From positions 418,634 to 482,633 of the forward strand of contig JAQTZF010000001.1 in NCBI GenBank assembly GCA_028687915.1: a DNA stretch of 64,000 nt, in the 5' to 3' direction. Both the position numbers and the translations under genes were made by a program. Source of the DNA: Candidatus Daviesbacteria bacterium (lineage in GTDB: Bacteria; Patescibacteriota; Microgenomatia; Daviesbacterales; UBA10151). Of the stretch, positions 59,347 through 64,000 are shown piece after piece (the stretch's first letter is position 1; the number at the start of each line of letters is the position of its first letter). A model generated the notes under the pieces. That model had not been told where the DNA came from. It made no database searches and worked only from the letters and a program-made list of their open reading frames with translations.

Positions 59347-60977
59347 TGAAGATATATTTATGTATTATATTAATAATTGCTTTTTTTGTAAGGTTCATTA
59401 ACTTGGAGTCTGTTCCACCTGGTTTAGGTTGGGATGAAGTTAGCCATGGTTATAATGCTTATTCTATTTTAAAAACAGGGCATGATGAATGGGGACAATT
59501 TTTACCCATAGCTAATTTTCGTGCATATGGTGATTATCCGCTGCCTTTATATATGTATATTATGATGCCATTTATTTCGTTATTTGGTTTAAATGAATTC
59601 GCCATCCGTTTCCCATCTGCATTACTTGGGTCGCTTACAATATTAATAATTTATTTATTATCTAAGGAGATTTTTAAGAATGAAAAAACTGCTTTATTAT
59701 CTGCATTTTTGTTGGCATTATCTCCATGGGGAATTTTGCCAAGTCGTCAGGTTATACAATCAACCCCAGCAATTTTCTTTTTATCCTTAGGTTTTTGGTT
59801 GCTTATAAAAAGTATTTCATCAAGGGGTTTATATAGTGTCTTAGGTGCTATAAGTTTAGGATTATCTGCATATGCTTATCATAATACGAGGATTCTTGCA
59901 CCACTTTTACTAATATTTTTTGCTTTTCTTTTTAAAGACAAGATATTTATCAACGTAAAAAAATATGTATTATCTTTTTTAATAATTTGTATATTTTTTA
60001 TTCCACTTATTCCAATTATATTTTCCAGTGAAGGTTCTGCAAGAGCAAATTGGGTAAGTATAATTGATCAAGGTGCAATTAATTATCTTAATGAATCAAG
60101 AACGTTTTCAACATTACCGGATCCTTTACCTCGTTTAATTTTTAATCGGCCTGTGTATTTTATTTCAAAGTTTAGTTTAAATTATTTAGGATACTTCAAT
60201 CCTTTATATTTAGGATTTGAAGGCGGAACACATTATCAATTTAGTATTCCTCATTTTGGTATTGTTTATCCTGTAGAATTACCATTCTTTTATATAGGTT
60301 TAATAATCTTAATATTTAATGTTATTAAACTAGATAATAATAAAAGATTTATTCTGGGATGGTTGATACTTGCTCCTTTACCAGCTGCTGTTACCCGTGA
60401 TCCTTATCAGGTTATTAGAGCTTTTGCCATGATTACTCCGTATTATTTAATAGTTGGATATGGGTTAGTTGTTGTATTTGATTATTTGAAAGATAAATTT
60501 AAAATTTCTCAAAAGCTTTTAATTTCAATTTTCTTGTTATCAATTATAGTTTTATCTTTATTTTATTTACAAAACCTTTACTTTATTTATCCAAAAAAAT
60601 ATTCTTTTGCATGGCAATATGGATATAAAGAGGCTGTTCAATATATCCAGGATAATTCTTCCAAATATTCCAGAGTAGTAATTACAAAAAGATACGGTGA
60701 GCCACATGAATTTCTGCTTTTTTATTCAAAATATGATCCAAAAAGTTATCAAACTGACCCAAATCTAATAAGGTATGAGAAAAGCCAGTGGTTTTGGGTT
60801 GATAGGTTTAATAAGTTTGAGTTTATTAATGATTGGGAGATTAAAGAGAAGATGATTGGGGCAACCAATACGCTATTAGTTACCAGTCCTGGTAATTATC
60901 CTTTGGGCAGTAGGATTGTTAAAAGCATATATTTTTTGAATGGTGATAAAGCTTTTGATATAGTAGCTATAGATTAG
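59346..60977 (+). CDS. GT-C membrane glycosyltransferase, subfamily B
   Basis: PPGLGWDEVSHGYNAYSILKTGHDEWG, GLNEFAIRFPSA, YAYH..R, WQYGYKE. Confidence 0.82.
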   Translation: MKIYLCIILIIAFFVRFINLESVPPGLGWDEVSHGYNAYSILKTGHDEWGQFLPIANFRAYGDYPLPLYMYIMMPFISLFGLNEFAIRFPSALLGSLTILIIYLLSKEIFKNEKTALLSAFLLALSPWGILPSRQVIQSTPAIFFLSLGFWLLIKSISSRGLYSVLGAISLGLSAYAYHNTRILAPLLLIFFAFLFKDKIFINVKKYVLSFLIICIFFIPLIPIIFSSEGSARANWVSIIDQGAINYLNESRTFSTLPDPLPRLIFNRPVYFISKFSLNYLGYFNPLYLGFEGGTHYQFSIPHFGIVYPVELPFFYIGLIILIFNVIKLDNNKRFILGWLILAPLPAAVTRDPYQVIRAFAMITPYYLIVGYGLVVVFDYLKDKFKISQKLLISIFLLSIIVLSLFYLQNLYFIYPKKYSFAWQYGYKEAVQYIQDNSSKYSRVVITKRYGEPHEFLLFYSKYDPKSYQTDPNLIRYEKSQWFWVDRFNKFEFINDWEIKEKMIGATNTLLVTSPGNYPLGSRIVKSIYFLNGDKAFDIVAID

Positions 60978-61043
60978 ATATTCTGGGTATAACCGTCTCG
61001 ATTACATCTCGCGCTTGAAACTCTAGCGAGTTATAATATTAAA

Positions 61044-62675
61044 ATGAAGATAAAAGCCTCTTATCTTAGGTTGTTTGTAATTTCAATAATTTTTATTCTC
61101 GGATTATTTCTTAGATTAGTGAATATACAAGACGTTCCCCCTGGATTTAATGCTGATGAAGCAGCTTTGGGATATAATGCTTACTCAGTGTTGAATACAG
61201 GAAAAGACGAGTGGGGAGAGGCTTTTCCTTTAACATTTAAATCCTTTTCTGATTACAAACCTGGCCTTTACGTATATTTAGATATACCCTTTGTATGGCT
61301 TTTAGGGTTAAATGAGCTTGCTGTTAGGTTACCTTCAATCATTTTAGGTTCATTTTCAGTTATTTTAATCTATTTCCTTTCAAAGCAGTTTTTTAAAAAT
61401 GAATTAATTGCACTATCAAGTGCGTTTCTTTTAGCCATCTCTCCCTGGCATCTTCATTTTTCCAGAGGCGCTTGGGAAACAAATATTGCTACCTTTTTTA
61501 TGTTGCTAGGTATCTTTGCTTTTATTAAAGGGGTAGAAAAACAAAAATGGTTATATATTAGTGCTTTATCGATGGCTTTTGCCATGTATTCATACCAAAG
61601 CCAGCGTTTGATCATCCCTGTTATGGCTGTATTTCTAATTTTGTTTTACTGGAAAAAATTACTAGTTAAAAAAAATATGGGAGTAATTATTTTTGCAATT
61701 ATTATAATTATTCCTTTTATTTCTATCATGACAAGCCAAACTGGACTGGCAAGATTTCAAGGCATTTCTATTTTTTCTGATGTTGGACCACTAAACAGAA
61801 TTAATCAACTGAGGGGTGAAGATATGGATCCTAATAGCTTTACTGCTAAATTTTTTCATAATAAAGTTATAGAGTACAGTGATAATTTTTTAAGCCATTA
61901 TATGGATCATTTTTCATTTAATTTTCTTTTTCTAAATGGTGATCCACTTGGTAGAAATAAAGTTCCCAATACAGGGCAGTTTTATATGTTTGAAATAATT
62001 ACAATCTTATTGGGAATTTATCTTTTGTGCCGCAAGAGATTTAGCTATATTAGAATACTTTTAGTATGGATTTTAGTCGCACCTGTTGCCGCCTCGTTAA
62101 CTTATCAAACTCCACATGCACTAAGGGCAGAAAATATGGTAATTCCTCTTGCTTTGCTTTCTGGTTTGGGATTAGGGACATTGATCGAGAAAATTTGGCA
62201 ATTTAAAATGGGTATTAAATATATTAGCCTGTTTTTATTTGCTTTGATAATCACTTTTTTTGTAACAAGCTATTTGCATAATTATTATGTACATCTTCCA
62301 AAAGAGTATGCCTTGGAATGGGAACATGGCTTTTCTAAGATGGTACAGTATGTTTTAGAAAACCAGGATAAATATCAAAAGGTAGTAATTACCGATAGAT
62401 ATGACCAAGCATACATCCTGGTGCTTTTTTATTCTAAATATGATCCTGCTAAATATCAGCAAACAGAAAAAACTGTTGGAGATAATAAATTTGGGTTTTC
62501 CACCATCTCTGCTTTCGATAAATATGAATTTAGACCGATTGCAAAAGAAGAGATAGCTACAAATAAAGACACCTTGTTTATTGCAAGTAAGGATGAAGTT
62601 AATGAGGATGCTTCACAGCTGAAAGTGATTAATTTCCCCAATGTAACTCCAGTATTTAGAATATTTGGGAAGTAG
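61044..62675 (+). CDS. GT-C membrane glycosyltransferase, subfamily B
   Basis: PPGFNADEAALGYNAYSVLNTGKDEWG, DYKP, SPWHLHFSRGAWE, PHALR. TATAAT 6 nt before the ATG. Confidence 0.83.
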   Translation: MKIKASYLRLFVISIIFILGLFLRLVNIQDVPPGFNADEAALGYNAYSVLNTGKDEWGEAFPLTFKSFSDYKPGLYVYLDIPFVWLLGLNELAVRLPSIILGSFSVILIYFLSKQFFKNELIALSSAFLLAISPWHLHFSRGAWETNIATFFMLLGIFAFIKGVEKQKWLYISALSMAFAMYSYQSQRLIIPVMAVFLILFYWKKLLVKKNMGVIIFAIIIIIPFISIMTSQTGLARFQGISIFSDVGPLNRINQLRGEDMDPNSFTAKFFHNKVIEYSDNFLSHYMDHFSFNFLFLNGDPLGRNKVPNTGQFYMFEIITILLGIYLLCRKRFSYIRILLVWILVAPVAASLTYQTPHALRAENMVIPLALLSGLGLGTLIEKIWQFKMGIKYISLFLFALIITFFVTSYLHNYYVHLPKEYALEWEHGFSKMVQYVLENQDKYQKVVITDRYDQAYILVLFYSKYDPAKYQQTEKTVGDNKFGFSTISAFDKYEFRPIAKEEIATNKDTLFIASKDEVNEDASQLKVINFPNVTPVFRIFGK

Positions 62676-62686
62676 AATTTCAAAGT

Positions 62687-64000
62687 ATGAAATTAAAAAT
62701 TAAGATTTTATTTTTTTGTATAATTTTTTTAGCTCTAATCTTAAGAATATATAAAATAGACCAAATACCACCATCTATTTCCTGGGATGAGGCAGCTGTT
62801 GGCTACAATGCTTATACAATTGCTAATTGGGGTAAGGATGAGTGGGGAAAGACGTTTCCTTTAATTTTTACTTCTTTTGAAGATGATAAACATCCAGTAC
62901 ATATTTATTTTACAGCACTCTCCGTTAAGATTTTAGGATTATCAGATTTTAGTATGAGGCTACCAGCAGCTGTTTTTGGTATTTTAAATGTAATAGTTAT
63001 CTTTTATCTTGCGAGGCTCATCTTTTCGAGTTCTTTTGTTGGTTTAATTTCTGCATTATTTTTAGCTGTTTCTCCTTATTCTATTCAATTCTCAAGATTT
63101 AACCATGAAGCTAACTTTGCTTTATTTTTTTGGATGTTTGGTTTATTTTTATTTATTAGTGGAGTTAAGGGTAAAAGAAGACTACTACCTTTTGCTTTTT
63201 TAAGTTTTGGTACTTCTCTTTTTGCATACCATGCTTCAAAAGTTGTAGTACCACCCCTACTTATAATTTTGATTGCATTTTATTGGAGTGAACTATTTAA
63301 AGCAGGCAGGTATTTCTTAATCTCACTGATAATAATAGGTGTGTTTGGCCTTGTGATGATGCTTAATCCGCGATTATTAGGGGTAGCAAGGGTAAACCAG
63401 ACGTCTTTTGGTTCTGATGTGGTCCACAAGACTTTGCTCTATCAAAGGACAAACAACGAAATACTGGGGAGGCTTGAGGTTACATTCAATCAATATTTAC
63501 TGCACCTTGATCCAGGATATTTGTTTTTTACTGGTGGAGCAAATAAGAAGTTCTCTACTCAAGTAGTCGGCGAATTTTATAAGATTGATGCACCACTATT
63601 GGTTTTTGGATTCTTAGGATTATTATGGGGGATAGCTTTTAAGACTGGCAGACGAAAAATATTTTTAATCTTATTGGGATGGATAATTCTAGCACCTATC
63701 CCAGCAAGTTTAGTATCTGAAGCGCCTCATCCTGCCAGAGCACTGTTTATGATGGGAAGCTGGAATATGATTGCAGCATATGGCTTTTATGTAATAAGCA
63801 GGGCTTCCACAAAGCTACCTTATAAAATAATTGTTTCTGTAATTATTTTGTCTGTATTATCTATTCTCTTTTTCAATTATCTTACAGATTATTATAATAA
63901 TTATGCAAAAAGAGACTCCATTGATTGGCAGTATGGCATGAAGCAGATCGTAGAATATACGAAAGAAAACGACTCTTATAGGCAGATTTTTGTAACTGAT
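62687..64000 (+). CDS. GT-C membrane glycosyltransferase, subfamily B (3'-truncated by window edge; not in the ORF track)
   Basis: Manual translation from ATG 62687: MKLKIKILFFCIIFLALILRIYKIDQIPPSISWDEAAVGYNAYTIANWGKDEWG...; WQYGMK near the window end. Confidence 0.82.
   Translation, partial: MKLKIKILFFCIIFLALILRIYKIDQIPPSISWDEAAVGYNAYTIANWGKDEWGKTFPLIFTSFEDDKHPVHIYFTALSVKILGLSDFSMRLPAAVFGILNVIVIFYLARLIFSSSFVGLISALFLAVSPYSIQFSRFNHEANFALFFWMFGLFLFISGVKGKRRLLPFAFLSFGTSLFAYHASKVVVPPLLIILIAFYWSELFKAGRYFLISLIIIGVFGLVMMLNPRLLGVARVNQTSFGSDVVHKTLLYQRTNNEILGRLEVTFNQYLLHLDPGYLFFTGGANKKFSTQVVGEFYKIDAPLLVFGFLGLLWGIAFKTGRRKIFLILLGWIILAPIPASLVSEAPHPARALFMMGSWNMIAAYGFYVISRASTKLPYKIIVSVIILSVLSILFFNYLTDYYNNYAKRDSIDWQYGMKQIVEYTKENDSYRQIFVTD

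Noticed and set aside
61007-61030. Short inverted repeat CTCGC...GCGAG upstream of 61044
   Set aside because: Only a 5 bp stem with a long loop, no U-tract, and not repeated at other gene junctions, so not an attC-like site or terminator.
2939-62683. Many 60-150 aa ORFs antisense or out of frame within longer genes (e.g. 9227-9574, 9609-9941, 14350-14694, 30137-30505, 38573-38971, 53096-53542)
   Set aside because: They lie within or largely overlap well-supported genes and show no motifs; expected shadow ORFs of hydrophobic or low-complexity sequence.
1-64000. Alternative genetic code (TGA = Gly, as in Gracilibacteria/Absconditabacteria), integron or diversity-generating retroelement behind the GT array
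   Set aside because: Conserved genes end properly at TGA and are full length in code 11; no integrase, reverse transcriptase, attC sites or template/variable repeat pair was recognised.

Overview
AT-rich bacterial genomic window read in genetic code 11 (TGA is used as a stop, e.g. gmd and rmlC). Gene style and content point to a Patescibacteria/CPR genome, probably Microgenomates; this is inference, not a database result. Bases 1-17.5 kb hold housekeeping genes (serS 3' end, secA, tsaE, ftsEX, prfB, a half-length tsaB), ugd, galE, two GT-C genes, a coiled-coil M23 peptidase and several Pro/Thr/Ala-rich proteins. From 17.5 kb to the window end there is a surface-glycosylation locus of more than 46 kb. 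It has rmlC-rmlD-gmd, three polyprenol-phosphate-sugar synthase-type GT2s (one fused to GtrA), a Wzx flippase and five soluble GT2/GT4 enzymes. Counting the whole window, 22 polytopic GT-C-like membrane glycosyltransferases fall into several paralog subfamilies. Main findings: (1) the very large GT-C array, a candidate extracytoplasmic glycosylation system; (2) a circularly permuted M23 domain next to ftsEX; (3) a secreted carbohydrate-active barrel fused to a GT-C; (4) -10 boxes 5-8 nt before many start codons, suggesting leaderless transcription; (5) a lone Sll1717-like ATPase inside the sugar locus; (6) an interrupted ORF not in the ORF track. No rRNA, tRNA, CRISPR array or transposase was recognised.
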